The notes under the pieces: generated by a model
Told to the model about the DNA's origin: nothing
What the model saw: only the letters and a program-made list of their open reading frames with translations
Databases searched by the model: none
Source: Lama guanicoe
Taxonomy: Eukaryota
Direction of reading: 5' to 3'
Assembly: GCA_013239625.1 (NCBI GenBank)
Contig: MU054098.1
Coordinates: 2,109,104 to 2,173,103, forward strand
Length of the DNA stretch: 64,000 bases
Translations under genes and position numbers: made by a program
Shown: positions 1-13,500 of the stretch, in pieces
Layout of the letters: every line of letters starts with the position of its first letter
How positions within the stretch are numbered: the first letter of the stretch is position 1

Positions 1-59
1 GTCATTTAAAATGTGCAGTTCCTTTTGTTTAAGACGTCCTACGCATCCAAGCAGTGCAG

Positions 60-1141
60 TCCCCTCTTGTCACCCTATATGCTCTAGGGGTTTCCCCTGT
101 GAGGGCCGCCGTGGTCCTGTTGTGGCTGGCTGACTACGCGGGCAGTCTGATAGGCTTGGTTGGCCCCCAGTCCGGTTGGTTGCCAGCCCCTGCCTTGGGC
201 GGACAGAGGCTGCTGGGTGTTGGTTGGTGGGGCTGGGTCACAGGCGGTTGACTGTAGAACCCCAGGGGGCCCTGGGTCTAGTGCCGGCTCACTGATGGGT
301 GGAGTCAGGATCCAGAAGACTCCGGGGCTGCTGCCCGCCCAGTGGTGGGTGAAGCCAGGTCCTGAGGTTACTGCCGGCCTAATGGCAATCAGAGCCAGGT
401 CCTGGAGTCTAGTTGCAGGGCCCAGGGTTCCCAGAGCAGGTGTCAGATCACCAGTGGGGGCAGGGGTTCCTGACACAGTTGGGTATGGGGGTTTGGGGTG
501 TCCCGAAGCTTGTGTTGGTCGGCTAGTAGGTAGGACTGGGGCTCAGCTGGTGTTAGGACAGGGTTTGGCCTATTGGTGGACAGGCTGAGTCTGCAGGCTA
601 TGCGATTACGGTTTTGCTGGTCTGGAGTCTGCCCCCTGGTGGGTGAGGCTGCTACAGAAGCTAGAGCAGGTTTCCCGGAGGGCAGGGCTGGCGCCCAAGG
701 GATTCTGGGACTGGTGCCTGCCCACTGGTGGGTGGAGCCAGGTCCTAGGCGCCCTGGTGAACGGGGCTGGAGGCTTAGTGGGTCTTAAGGCACTTTGTCT
801 GCTGACGAGCTGGGCTGTGTTCTTGCCTAGTTAGTTGATTGGCCTCACGTGCTGCAGCACTAGCGCCTACAGGCTGCTGGGCCACGGCAGGGCTGAGTCC
901 TGGGGCTAATAAGCTACAGGGAGGAGCACCAGGGTCCACCTGGTAGAAAGAGCTCCCGAAATGGCTGCCGCCAGTGCCTGCTCCGGGGTTGCTGCAGTTG
1001 CCTCCTGCCTCTCCCAGAGGCTCTCCAAGATCAGCAGGTAGGTCTGACCCAGGCTCCTATCCACTTACTGCTTCTGCCCTAGGTTCCAGAGCATGTGAGA
1101 TTTTGTGTGTGCCCTTTAAGAGTGAAGTTTCTATTTCCCTT
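60..1141 (-). mobile_element. L1 5' UTR fragment (GC-rich, laurasiatherian type)
   Basis: GC-rich with recurring CTGGTGGGTG(G/A)AG / CTGGGTC motifs typical of the antisense of laurasiatherian L1 5' UTRs; ends near 'tgtgtgccctttaagagtgaagtttctatttccc', a motif I recall from such UTRs. ORFs here show no protein homology. Confidence 0.65.
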
Positions 1142-2248
1142 AGTCTAATAACCATATCTCTGTCTCAGCTTCCTTGCCGCCAACCCCCAAAATGTAAAAC
1201 CCGTTTGGCCTGAACTTCATACAGTTCATCTCTCTTTTCTAGGTCAGACATGCCCTTATTATTTATACAAAATTCTGACTCAGTGGCATTCCAGGATCCT
1301 GAATCAAACTCTAAAGTCTTTGGAATACAACCTAGGAAAAAGGACCTTTCTCATTGTTATGCAAACTCTCTCCTCCTCTCTCTGACACTATCCTTCCCCA
1401 CAGATATCTACACTCTTTTCACAGTTCTGCTCTCTCAGCCAGGACAAGCACATCTCCACACCATACTTTTAAGCTTGAGCCAGCAGTAATGTAGAATGTT
1501 AACTCATTAACAACAAAATTGTCTTTCCTTACTTGCTCTAATCTCTTACCAGACTAAGTTGGATTTCAATTAGCAAATTTAAAGCAAGAGGTTTTTCTTT
1601 TCTTTTTTTTGCATAGCCATTCTTGCAGGGTAGTTAGTTGGAAAGCTCAAAAGAATCCATGTAAATAGCCATGGCGTATATACATGTGATACGTGTAAAG
1701 TGTAACTCAAGTATAGGGTGAAGGTATAATATGAGGGCCGTCCTCAGTAATTTATCTTTCCTTGGTTGCTTTTAGAAAGAAAAAGGCAAGAATCCTCATA
1801 CACGTGAAATTTCAAGAACTTCTTATCATTTGCATGGTTGGCATACTACCATTCAAACATAATCATATTTCTTTTCCACCTCTATTGGGTTCTGAAGAAT
1901 AATGCATATTTCTTTTCTTCTGTAAGTCACAGCAGTGCGTGGGCGGTATAGCCCTCTATCCAACCTGATTCCCATTTGCACCATTACTTTAACATATCCT
2001 GCCTCATGTCTTCACTTGGGCATAATTTTCTCTTGGAATTTGTATTTTAGATGATCAAATGTGACAATAGCCAGAAACTCATTTTATTTCAAAATGATAG
2101 AAAGATCATGAGCATTTAGATAAACGGCAGTGCTTTCAAAATCAGCAACTCAAAGAGATTTGGGGTTCCAGGGAGCTTATGAAATGAAGATGGCCACCAC
2201 CCACTGCAACACACCTTTGAGCACTTTTGTAAAATCACCACCACCATC

Positions 2249-2249
<1 letters not shown>

Positions 2250-2278
<29 letters not shown>
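2250..2278. repeat. (CA)n microsatellite
   Basis: About 14 AC units, seen directly. Confidence 0.97.
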
Positions 2279-2281
<3 letters not shown>

Positions 2282-2639
2282 CAGTTTCTATTCTTCTGGC
2301 CAACCGTGAGGGAGAATTTGTTCTCAAGGTAGTGTTCTAATAACTGCTGTAAATTCACTCTTTCATGGTTTAAACTCAAGGACTACAGTAGTATCTGAAA
2401 TGATGGGAACAGTAGGATCTGCTGTATTTCTAGAATCATGACAGAAAGGAGAGGCTGGGGAAAATTCTGACTATTGCTAGATCCTGGAAGGGTACTGATT
2501 TAAGGACTCACAGGTCTGCAAACCTGTGAAAGGTGAAGAGGGAGGGGGAAAGAGTGTATGTGGAGGCACACACATACACAAGTGTCCTTGTATTACTTGT
2601 GGTAGGAAGAATTCTAAAAACGCATCCAGTTTGAACTCC

Positions 2640-3295
2640 CCAATATGATGAGATAGCACTCCTTTGACAGGAGTGTGCTACACGGCACAGGTGACTTTTA
2701 GATAGGGAAATTATCCCAGAGGGCCTAATCTATTCAGTGAGCCCGTGAAAGCAGAAAACTTTTTCCAGCTGGTGGCAGAAGGGGACGTTACAGTTATTTG
2801 AAGCAGGAGAAGGATGTAAAATGCTGTTGCTGGTTTCAATATGGAGGGGGCCACATAAGAAAACATGCAAGATGCCTCTGGGAGCAGAGGGTGGCCGCAT
2901 CGCTGACAGCACAGAGATAGGGACCCCAGTCCTATAACTGCAAGGAACTGGATTCTGCTACAAGCACACAAGCTTGGAAGAGAGCCCTGGGCTTCCAGAT
3001 AAGAATGCAGCTCAGCTGACAACTTGTAAGACCCTGAGTGGAGATTCCAGTCCCAGCATGCTTCACTTTTTTTTTTAAATTTTAAGGGAGAGGTAATTAG
3101 GTTTATTCTAATGGAGGCACTGGGGACTGAACCCAGGACCTCGTGCATGCTAAGCGTGTGCTCTACCACTGAGCTATACTCTCCACCCTGACCACCATGC
3201 TGCACTTGTGACCTAAAGAACTATGAACTGATTAATGGGTATTTTGAGCCACAAAGTGAATGGTCATTTGTTAGGTAGCAATAAAAACTAATATA
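2640..3295 (+). mobile_element. MaLR solo LTR (MLT1E/F-like), split by a SINE
   Basis: MLT1 motifs 'caaggaactggattctgc...agcttggaagag...cttccagataagaatgcagc' and 3' end 'tttgttaggtagcaataaaaactaata'. Confidence 0.75.
3069..3191 (-). mobile_element. Camelid tRNA-Ala-derived SINE (Vic-1-like)
   Basis: Minus strand has A-box TAGCTCAGTGG, 'CTTAGCATGCACGAGGTCCTGGGTTCAGTCCCC' (B-box), tail 'AATAAACCTAATTACCTC' and an A-run. Degraded 16-bp TSD ccagcatgcttcactt (3053-3068) / ccaccatgctgcactt (3192-3207). Confidence 0.9.
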
Positions 3296-4749
3296 TTTCT
3301 GAATTAATTTTGTCCCAGGATCACGGACTCCTGAAGGAACGGATCATGTCATCTCTGTGGAAAAGGCCCACTGTCCCTGATGCAAAGTCCTGTGTCCAGT
3401 AAGTATTCCTGAACTGTTAACTGGTGACAAATAAGCCCCTGGGCCAGGTGCAGTTGCTCGGTGTGCTCACCTGACTTGGAGTGTAATTGAGCTGTTTCTC
3501 TGGCTCACTACTCTTAAACAGCTGGCTGGAAGTTGAGGGCCAGAGAGCCAGGGTGCTCATCTTAAGTTCTCTCTTCTCCTACAACAGATAGGAGGGATCC
3601 CTTAGGCATACACACATGAGTCTAATAGCAACATTGTGTGGTCTTAAATAAGCCAGGCTGGGCTCCCTCTGGGATCTGGGAGATGATATCAGAGATTAAA
3701 AATAAACCGTTAGGCACTCGCCGCCCTTATTCTTGGGCTGATGAGGAGCCGGATGATAAAGTTACACTTTTAACACGATCATGAGAATGGAAAAGGGCTC
3801 ATTCCTCTTTCAATTCCCATTAGGGTCTTTGTCCAGACAAAGGCTGTATTTACAGGTGCTTTGCAAAGTGTAGCTCCCTTCCTGTTCTCAGTCAGCTGGG
3901 CAGAATGATGCTGTCATGTTGGCTTGGTGTCCCCTCCCACCTCCATTTCTTTCTTTTCCTTCTCTTTCTTTCCCTTCCCCTGCCCCTTTTCCTAATTTTA
4001 TTTTTTTCCCTAATTTTATTTTTTTCCCTATTGAGCTGTTTGGTTGGGAGAGTGAGAGCCCCAGAGCAGCAGCAGAAAAAAAAGAAAAAGAAAAAAAAAA
4101 CTCAGCTTCTCAGAGTGAGATAAATGCCCTTTATTCTTATTTGAGTTTCTCACTGCCTAGAGTGTAAGGGTAGAAAATAGAACAGTCTAACAGAAGCAGA
4201 GAGCAAGACCTTTTCCATGGTGTTTGGAAAAGACTAAAAAAGGGAGCAGAAAGGAGGATGAGGTGGCCCTGTTCCTGTCCCTCGGCAGTCACTCAGTCAA
4301 CATTTCTGGAGTGCTGTGACATTTACTGTCATTTCGTGTCATGTCATTAAACAGGGTATAAAGTGGTTTCAGTATATGCTCCCCCTGTGTGCCCAGACAT
4401 TTGCTACCTGTTCTTGGGCTCCAAAAGAAACAGAAGATTTGAGCTATGCCCTTAAGGAGCTAATAGGGTTTCTGGCGGGGGGCACAGAACCCACATAACC
4501 CACATATAAACAACACATGGAGAAGACATAGACATCCCCAGGACCAGGCAGAACTGAGGGGACAGGATGCTGTGGGGCTGGAGGAGAGTGGAGGGATGTG
4601 ACTTGCGGGAGCAGCAGTGATGGTTATAGAGGTGTGGAGGACGGTTCTCTGTGGCATGGGGTTGGGAAGGAAGACTGAAATGTAGTTTCATGGATACAAG
4701 GTGAGGTAGGGATGAACACTCTTTGTACCCAGTTGTCACAGAATTTTCA

Positions 4750-5092
4750 CGTTATAGATTGAATTCATATGTTGAAGCCCTAACTCCTACTGTGACTGTA
4801 TTTGAAGATAGGGCCTTTACATAATTAAGGATAAATGAAGTCCTAGGGGTGGGGCCCTAATCCAACAGGACTAGTGTCTTTGAAAAAAGAGGAATAGACA
4901 CCAGGAGGCATGTGCAGAGCAAGAATGTGGCCATCTGCAAGCTAAGGAGAGGGACCTCAGGAGAAATCAGTTCTGCTGACACTTTGATCTCGAACTTCTG
5001 GCCTCCATAACTGAGAGAAAATTAATTTCTATTGTTTAAGCCACCCAATCTGTGGCATTTTCTTTCGGTAGCTTGAGCTGACTGACATACAT
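4750..5092 (+). mobile_element. MaLR solo LTR (MLT1B/MLT1A-like)
   Basis: 'aattcatatgttgaagccctaac...tgtgactgtatttgaagatagggccttta...ggggccctaatccaa...tgtttaagccacccaatctgtgg', diagnostic MLT1 motifs. Confidence 0.85.
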
Positions 5093-7329
5093 GTTAAGGA
5101 AGCTTGTCCTCCAGCCCTGGTCCTCAGCGCTGTATGAGGGTTGCTCTAAGGCACTTATTATCATGGTCAAAGGTTTAAGCAGGCTAACAGTGATGGGTAC
5201 ATGAGCACTTGAGGATATAGGCAGGTTCTGGCATGGCTCTCAGCGAGGTGACCTTTTTTAGGTCATGTTACTTATCTGGGTCATTTTTGTCTCTACAGTG
5301 AGTGAATTAGGAAATTAATATGAGTAACTTGCTAATGCATGAATAGAAAGTTCAAGGTGAGGATCATAATAACCTTGGAATATTTTTCGTAAAACTCGTG
5401 CTCTACTGCTTCACTCCCTGTTCCTACTGAGAACCCCTGGTTTTGATGTTGCAGGCCATGGAAACTCAGTAAGGTCTGCAGTCTTACACTCATACATCCT
5501 GACTTCTTGTTACTGGTGAGTCTTCTAATTCTAAAAGAACCAGTATCTTCTCCTGCCTTTTGGCTGGGTAGAGTCAAGTGTTTAATACATCCAGTGGTAC
5601 CAGCATTAGATGCTAAATGAGAGGGAAATGGCTCTTCTGAGGTGAAAGTTGAGGGGATCCATGAGAGCGGTGCACCAGGGCTCTGGGAGCTCGCAGCTGC
5701 CAGGTTGTTCAGTAGGCGAGACTCAGATTCGGAAACAACAATGCCTTCACCCCCTGCTTTATGGTCCCTTAGGAAAGGTGTCCCCAGCTCTGGAGGGGGT
5801 GGCATGGAGTAGTGTGACTTCTCATGGTCAGAGAGGAGCCCCCATCCCTAGCAACCTTTGCTTCCCACTAACCAGGCACGTCTTAGCCGTAGTTGTCACT
5901 CAGACTGACTGTAGGTCTGTTCAGAGAGACCAGGGGCCTGAGTACAGGAATGAAGTTTCAAGCTCATGGGCACAGACCTCTTGGTTCTGCCCTGCCACTA
6001 AGCCTAATTACCTCTCCCACCCTGTTTGATCCTCCACTGCTTAAATGCACATGCCACCCAATCTGAACTGGGGAGGTCCAAAATCTCCTGAAGCCCATAC
6101 TAGAAATCTTGAGTCCAGCTATGTAAGTGGCAGAATGATTGAACATTTTTTTCCTTCAGCTTTGATGAGCCTCTAACCCCGGCAGGAGATTTATTTCTGT
6201 TGTCAGTGTTATTTCAGGGCTCAGGAACTAGTTGTCTACCTGGCTCTTCAGCCAGTCATAGGCAGTGGTAAAGAGGAGGCTGGCAGGCAGCAGCGTCCCC
6301 TGGGCATAGTGCAGGTTATTTTGAGCTTATCTTATTCTTAGCCAGCAGCCTGGGACATTGGTGTCTGCACATGATACAATTTTGCCTGGTGGTGGTGGCA
6401 GCAGGACACTTTGCTTCAGGTGCCTGGCGTGCAGTAGTACAGAAATGAATTATGGGAAAAGCAGTTTCCTGGTGCCAACTCAGTCTCCCAGTAGACCTGC
6501 AGGGTCAGGAGGAAGATTTCATGTAGGCAGCCTGCTATGCGAGCAGACGCAGAAATGCCAGTGCCCACAAGGGAGCCTGGTGTTTAAAACAGAAAACAAC
6601 CAACTCAGCACCGCAGTATGCCTGGCCTGATTCTGAGACGTAGGAAACTAAGGCCCCCATCATTCTGACGTGGCAAGACTGGCAAGGGACTGGGCAACGG
6701 GAGAGGGGCTGGTCAAATGCATTAGGGAAGGGATGCCCTACTCTTTGTGCTCGTCCCTCTGAGAGAACAGGGATGAACAGCCAACACCGATGCCTATTCA
6801 GTACCTCCAACACTGGGTGATGAACTGCTCTGATTCCCAGCAAGTCCTTCCCCATTGCCTCTACATTTCCAAATCCTTGGTGTGCAGAATTCCTCAATAA
6901 CTCCAACCCTTTCCTAACTGCTCACAGGAATGTTCAGCACAATGCTGGCCACATTTGCATTCATTCAACACATTCAATAAATGTTGAATGAATGAATGGT
7001 CTATGTCAGTGGATTTCATACTTAAAAATTGATAGAATCCTTGTTTTCAAATGTAATCTTACTCTGAAGCTCAATACACAGAATGGATAAAAGCACCACT
7101 CTGATTATATTGGCACCGGGGGAGGGGACAGAGCTATGCCTCTCGGTCTTCCCTTTGCTATGTCCTATGGGAGAGTCAAGAGTGCTAAGATTCCGGCAGC
7201 AAGGATTCATTAAGTATCTATGGCTTGCCCAGACTCATATGCATTCTGGAAGATTTAAAAGGAGTAGAAAGCTTTATAATGGAGAGTTTAAGATGAACAA
7301 TAAAATGTATACACAAAAAAATATATGAG

Positions 7330-7835
7330 AGAGCCAGGGAACCATGAGGAAAGAAAATATCACAATGGGCTGGATTCTACAGAAATGGTTGGCTTTCACC
7401 GAGGTCTTAAAAGAAATGTAAGATTTCAGTTTACACAAAGAAGGGAAAGTGCTTCAGACTGAGGGTACAGTGTAAGCAAAGACACAGAAGTAGGAACAGC
7501 ACAGCACTGGCACCAGGATGGAGGAAAGGGACTGGTAGTGGAGCAGCCTGACTAGGTAAGCAGAAGAGTGGTGTGTGGTGTGTGGTGTGTGGTGTGTGGT
7601 GTGTTTAGAAGGGTAGGATTTAGTAGGCCGCAAGATGGAGTCATGATGGTGGTCTTGAAAGGCTGCCAGAGGAATTCAGGAGCTGTTAGGCTGCAGGGAA
7701 GCCACTAGAGGTTTTTAAGTATGTGAATAGCCCAGTGAGAAATTTCTCTGGCAGTGACCTAAAGAACGCATGCTTGGAAGAAATGAGTGTCCACACGTCC
7801 AGATAAGAAGTCATTGCATTAACCCAGGTCAGAGG
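7330..7835 (-). mobile_element. L2 fragment
   Basis: Antisense L2 motifs such as 'gggaagccactagaggtttttaag' and 'gcaaagacacaga'; heavily decayed. Confidence 0.55.
7568..7604. repeat. (GTGGTGT)n tandem repeat
   Basis: About 5 copies of a 7-mer. Confidence 0.9.
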
Positions 7836-8644
7836 CAGGTCTCTCTTTTTCTACTTAATGTGACTTAGTCCCTGTTGAGTTGGATTGGACCAACCAATCT
7901 AGAAAATTACTATTTGTGCACCACTGCAGGCTGTATGACCTGCTAAATTGCTACCCACTTTTAAAGCAAATAATTTCTTTAGTCTACAGTAACACACCAG
8001 CCTTCTGACTGTTCCAGGTTGTTCAGTAAGTTTCTGATAAAGAGAAATAGCCAAGGGAAGTCAGCTTCTAATGGCACTGTCACTGAGTATTGGCTTGAAC
8101 CAACACAGGTCTGCTTTGAAGTGTTAACTTAATGTGTCATCGTGTCTGGTGGCACTCAGGTTGGACATGCAGTGAGGATTTGTTTTAAAGTATCTGAAGA
8201 AGATTATACAGTACAATTGGATTACAAGGATCCTGGGAACATTTATTGGAGTTACAAGTTCTAGATAATACATTTCAGCAGCCCAGTCTGCACAAGCAGC
8301 GAGTGAGCTGGATTTGCTTCAAAGAGTGTGATAAAATCTGGCATTAGTGCATTTATCCCATCTTATCTTTCCAGGCAGCCTTTGCCAATTCTCAACCTGA
8401 CCACGATTCAGATACCCTCATGAGGAATCCAATTTTACGGGTCCCTTCTAAGTTTGGGTAATAGGGAAAAGAAGTGGGAGTGCTGGCAAGTAAGTCACAA
8501 GACCTAGGCAAGGGAAGCTCACAGAGAGAGCACATCAGGAGAGGCGGATGTGACCAGATAACAACTTTCTCTGGACTCTGGAAATGTGATGACTGTCATT
8601 ATTATGAGTGACTATCTCTATGAGAGAAACAAGAAAGAATAAAG

Positions 8645-9651
8645 AAACATACTGAATGGGAGACAATATTTGCAAATCATATATTTGATAAGGGTTAATA
8701 TCCAAAATATAAAAAGAATTCATACAACTCAACAATAAAAAATCAACCCAATTAAAAAATAGGCAGAGAATCTGAATAGGCATTTTTTTCCAAAGAAGAC
8801 ATATAGATGGCCAAGAGGTAAATGAAAAGATGCTCAACATCGCTCATCATCAGGGAAATGCAAATCAAAACCACAGTGAGATAGATAGCACCTCACTCCT
8901 GTCAGAATGGCTATTATCAAAAAGATAAGAAATAACAAATGTTGCAGAGAATGTGGAGAAAAATGAACCCTGTACAATTTTGGTAGGAACATAAATTGCT
9001 GCAGCCACTATGGAAAATAGTATGAAGATTCCTCCAAAAATTAAGAATAGAACTACCATATGACCCAACTATTCTATGTCTGGGTATTTACCCAAATAAC
9101 ACAAAAACATTAATTAAAAGAGATATGTGCACCTCTATGTTCATTGCAGCATTATTCACAATAGCCAAGATATGGAAACAACCTAAGTATCCATTGATTG
9201 ATGCACGAATAAAGAAGATGCAGTGTGTATATATATATACATATATATACATATATATACACAGACACATATATATACACACACACATACATACATATAT
9301 ATACACACACATACATACAATGAAATACCATTTGGCCATAAAAAAGGATGAATTCCTGCCAGTGGTGAAAGCATGGACAGACCTTGAAGATATTATGCTA
9401 AGTGAAGTGTCAGATGGAAAAAGACAAATACTGTATGATTTCACTCATATGTGGAATCTAAAACAAAACAAAGAAACTCATAGAGATCAAATTAGTGGTT
9501 ACCAGAGGGGAAGAGGTTTAGGGGTGGGTGAAATAGGTGAAGAGGGTCAATAATATGGTGATGGATGGTAACTAGACTTGTGGTTATTACTTTGTAGTGT
9601 ATACAGATGTCAAATTATAATGCTTTTACCTGAAACTTACATTAAAAAAAT
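8645..9651 (+). mobile_element. 5'-truncated L1 (ORF2 3' end plus 3' UTR), with internal (TA/CA)n at ~9224-9318
   Basis: ORF2 C-terminal peptide [22 protein letters not shown]...AIKKDEFLP...LEDIMLSEVS; the 3' UTR ends in an A-run at ~9650. Confidence 0.92.
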
Positions 9652-9859
9652 AAGTAATGGGAGGCTAGGGTAGGCCCAAGTGCCGTCTATTGAGAGTTAT
9701 TTAATGAGAAACTTAAAATCATTAATTCAACCTATTCAATGAATATTTAATAAGTGAAACTTTATAGGCACTAGAGAATCACTGGTAATTAGAAATACTT
9801 GCCCTCATGGAGCTTATATTTTAATGTGGGGCAAGAGCAGGCAAGAAAGAAAATAAACA

Positions 9860-10542
9860 GATTCTTTCCCTAAATGATCTCATGCAGCTCCATGGTTTTA
9901 TTTACCATCTACATTCTGGTTCCTAAACTTATATATCTAGGCCTGATATCTCCCTGGGGCTCCAGACTCATTTACCTGATTGCCAGTTCAATGTCTCCAC
10001 TTAGGTCTTAAGGGCCCCTCAAGTAGAACATGACCAAAACAGAATCTTGGTGTTTCCGCAAATCTATTTCTCCCACAGCATACCCCATCTTGATAAATGG
10101 TCAGATCATTCCTCCAGTTGCTCAGACCAAGACCTGAGAGTCATCCTTGATTGCTTTTCTTCACCGTCCAGCAATCTATCAGCAAATCTTGTCAGTTCCA
10201 CCATCAAAATTCATTTCTCACCACATCGACTATCACCCCAGTCCAAGCTGTTATAATCTCTCACCCGAACAACTGCAAGCAACTCCTAATTGGTCTCATT
10301 GCCTCCGATTTTTCCATCATCTAATCTATTTTCCATACAACAGTCAAAATGATCTTACGTACTAAGAATTAGATTACGTCACTCTGGCACTTAAAAAGTA
10401 GTGACTTCCTGTGAATCTAAGAAGTAAACAAATACTTTTTCAAGGTCGCCAACAAAGTCTGGTCAAGATCTGGCTCCACCGTCTTTCAACAACTTCACCT
10501 CCTATTAGTCTCTTTCTCTCACTCAGTAAGCTCAAGGTACTC
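9860..10542 (+). mobile_element. L2 internal segment (5' part of an L2 split by the L1 cluster)
   Basis: L2 motifs 'ctccagactcatttacc', 'cagttgctcagaccaagacctgagagtcatccttgat', 'cctaattggtctc'; sequence resumes at ~23229. Confidence 0.75.
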
Positions 10543-13500
10543 ATTTTTTTAATTTACAATATTGATTTACAAAGCTGATTTACAATATTGTGTTTGTTTC
10601 ATGTGTACAGCAAAGTGACTCAGTTTTATATTTTTTTTCAGATTATTCATTATAGGTTATTACAAGATGTTGACTATAGTTCCCTGTACTATACGGTAAT
10701 TCCTAGATGTTTATTTATTTTATGTACAGTAGTTTATATCTGTTAACCCCATAGTCCTAATTTATTCCTCCCCCGCTTTTCCCCTGTGGTAACCATAAGT
10801 TTGTTTTCTATTATCTGTGAGTCTATTTCTGTTTTGTAAATAAGTTCATTTGTATTTCTATTTTTTTTAGATTCTAGGTATAAGTAGTATCATATAATAT
10901 TTGTCCTTTTCTATCTGACTTCATTTTAGTATGATATCTCCAGGCCCATGAATGTTGCTGCAAATGGCATTATTTCACTCTTGTTTATGGCTGAGTAATA
11001 TTCCATTGTATATAAATACCACATCTTAAGCCAGACGTCTATTGATGGGCACTTAGGTAGTTTCCATGTTCTGGCTATTGTAAATAGTGCTGATATGAAC
11101 GTTGGGGTGCATGTATCTTTTTAAATTCAAGTTTTCATCTTTTCTGGATGTGTGCCCAGGAGTGGAATTACTGGATCATATAGTAGCTTGATTTTTAGTG
11201 TTTTAAGGAAACTCCATACTATTTTCTATAGCAGCTATATCAATTTGCATTCCCACCAGAGTAGGAGGCTTCCCTTTTCTCCATACCCTCTCCAGCATTT
11301 ATTATTTGTAGACTTTTTGATGATAGTCATTATGATTGGTGTGATTTTGATTTGCATTGTTGTTTTGATTTGCATTTTTCTAATAATTAGAGAAGTGGAG
11401 CCTCTTTTTATGTGCCTATTGGCCATTTGTTATGTCTTCTTTGGAAAAAAATGTCTAGGTATTTTGCCCATTTTTTGATTACTTGTTTGGTTTTTTTGAT
11501 ATTGGATGTATGAGCTGTTTGTATATATTGGATATTAACTCTTTGTCAGTCACATAATTTACAAATATTTTCTCCCATTCTATAGGTTGTCTTTTTGTTT
11601 TGTTGATGGTTTCCTTTGCTGTGCAAAACTTTTAAGTTTGATTAGGTTTCATTTGTTTATTTTTGATTTTACTTCCTTTGCCTTGGGAGATTAATCAAAG
11701 AAAATATTGCTACAATTTATGTCCAAGAATGTTTTGCCTATGTTCTCTTCTAGGAGTATTATGGTGCAATGTCTTATACTTAGGATTTTAAATCATTTTG
11801 AGTTTATTTTTGTATTTGTTGTGATTTGATGACTATGTAGCTCTCAAACTTTCCCATCCCGACTTGTTGTATATTCTTGCCTCCTTTGTCGAAGATTAAT
11901 TGACCATAGGTGTGTCGGTTTATTTCTGTTCCATTGATCTATAAATCTGTTTTTGTGCCAATACCATACTGTTCTGGTTACTATATCTTTGTAGTATAGT
12001 CTGAATTCTGGAAGGGTTATGCCTCCAGGTTTGTTCTTTTTCTTCAGGATTGCTTTGGCAATTGTGGGGCTTTTGTGGTTCCATATAAATTTTAGGATTA
12101 TTTGTTTTAGTTCTGTGAAAAGTTTCATGAGTATTTGGATAGGGATCACATTTAAATCTGTATATTGCATGATCATTTTAACAATATTAATTCTTCCAAT
12201 CCAAGAGCATGGGATATATTTCCATTTCTTTGCATCATATTCAGTTTCCTTTATCAATGTTTCATAGGTTTCAGTGTATATAGGTCTTTTACTTCTGTTA
12301 GGTTTATTCCTAGGTATTTCTTTTGACAGAATTTTAAATGGGATTTTAAAAAATTCCCGATATTTCATTGTTAGTGTAAAGAAATGCAACAGATTTCTGT
12401 ATATTAATCTTGTATCCTGCTACCTTGCTGAATTAATGTATTAGTTCTAATAGTTTTTGTGTAGAGACTTTAGGGTTCTCCATATAAAGTATCATATCAT
12501 CTGCAAATAGTGACAGTTTTACCTCTTCCCTTCCATTTTGGATACCTTCCCTTTTCTTGTCTGATTTCTGGGACTAGGACTTCCAATACTATGTTGAATA
12601 GAAGTGGTGAGAGTGGATATCCTTGTCTTGTTCCTGAATTTAGCAGGAAGGCTTTTAGCTTTTCACTGTTGAGTATTATGTTGGCTGTGAGTTTGCCATA
12701 AATGGATTTTATTATGTTGAGATATGTTCCCCTAATACCCACTTTGGTGAGAGTTTTTTTTTCTTACCATGAATGGATGTTGAATTTTGTCAAATATTTT
12801 CCCTGCATCTGTTAAGATGATCATGTTTTTTGTCTTTCCTTTTGTTAATGTGGTGTATCACACCGATTGATTTGTACATGTTGAAATGTTCTTGCAATCC
12901 TGGAATGAATCTAACTTGATCATGGTGTGTGATCCTTTTTATGTATTGTTGAATTTGGTTTGCTAATATTTTTTGAAGAATTTTGCATCTATATTCATCA
13001 AAGATATTGGCCTGTAATTTAGTTTTCTTGTTGTATATTTTGTCTGGTTTAGGTATCAGGGTGACGATGGCTTCATAGAATAAATTTGGGAGTGTTCCCT
13101 CCACTTCAGTCTTTTGGAACAGTTTGAGAAGGATAGGTATAACTTCGTCTTTGTATTCCTCAGTGAAGCCATCCAATCCTGGACTCTTGTTTGCAGGCAG
13201 TCTGTTTTATTACAGATTCTTTTTTCCTTTTGATGATCAGTCTGTTCAAATTACCTGTTTCTTCTTGAGTCAGTTTTGGCCAGCTATATGTTTCTAGAAA
13301 CTTGTCTGTTTCTTTTAGGTTATCCAATTTTTTGGCATATAACTGTTCATAGTATTCTCTTATGAATTTTGTATTTCTGAGTTATTGGTTGTTATTTCTC
13401 TTATTGCCTATTTTATTTATTTAGGTCCTCTCTTCTTTGTGTACCTGGCTAGAGGTTTCTTGATTTTGTTTATCTTCAAAAACCAACTCTTGGTTTTATT

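Noticed and set aside
54..1213. Cluster of Gly/Pro-rich ORFs
   Set aside because: GC-rich L1 UTR-like sequence with no recognisable protein motifs.
3112..3188. tRNA-Ala(AGC) gene on the minus strand
   Set aside because: The acceptor stem is degenerate, and the sequence continues into a SINE tail and poly(A) flanked by TSDs, so it is a SINE.
3950..4100. T-rich tandem units followed by an A-run, and a hydrophobic/poly-Lys ORF
   Set aside because: Low-complexity sequence; no TSD or element body identified.
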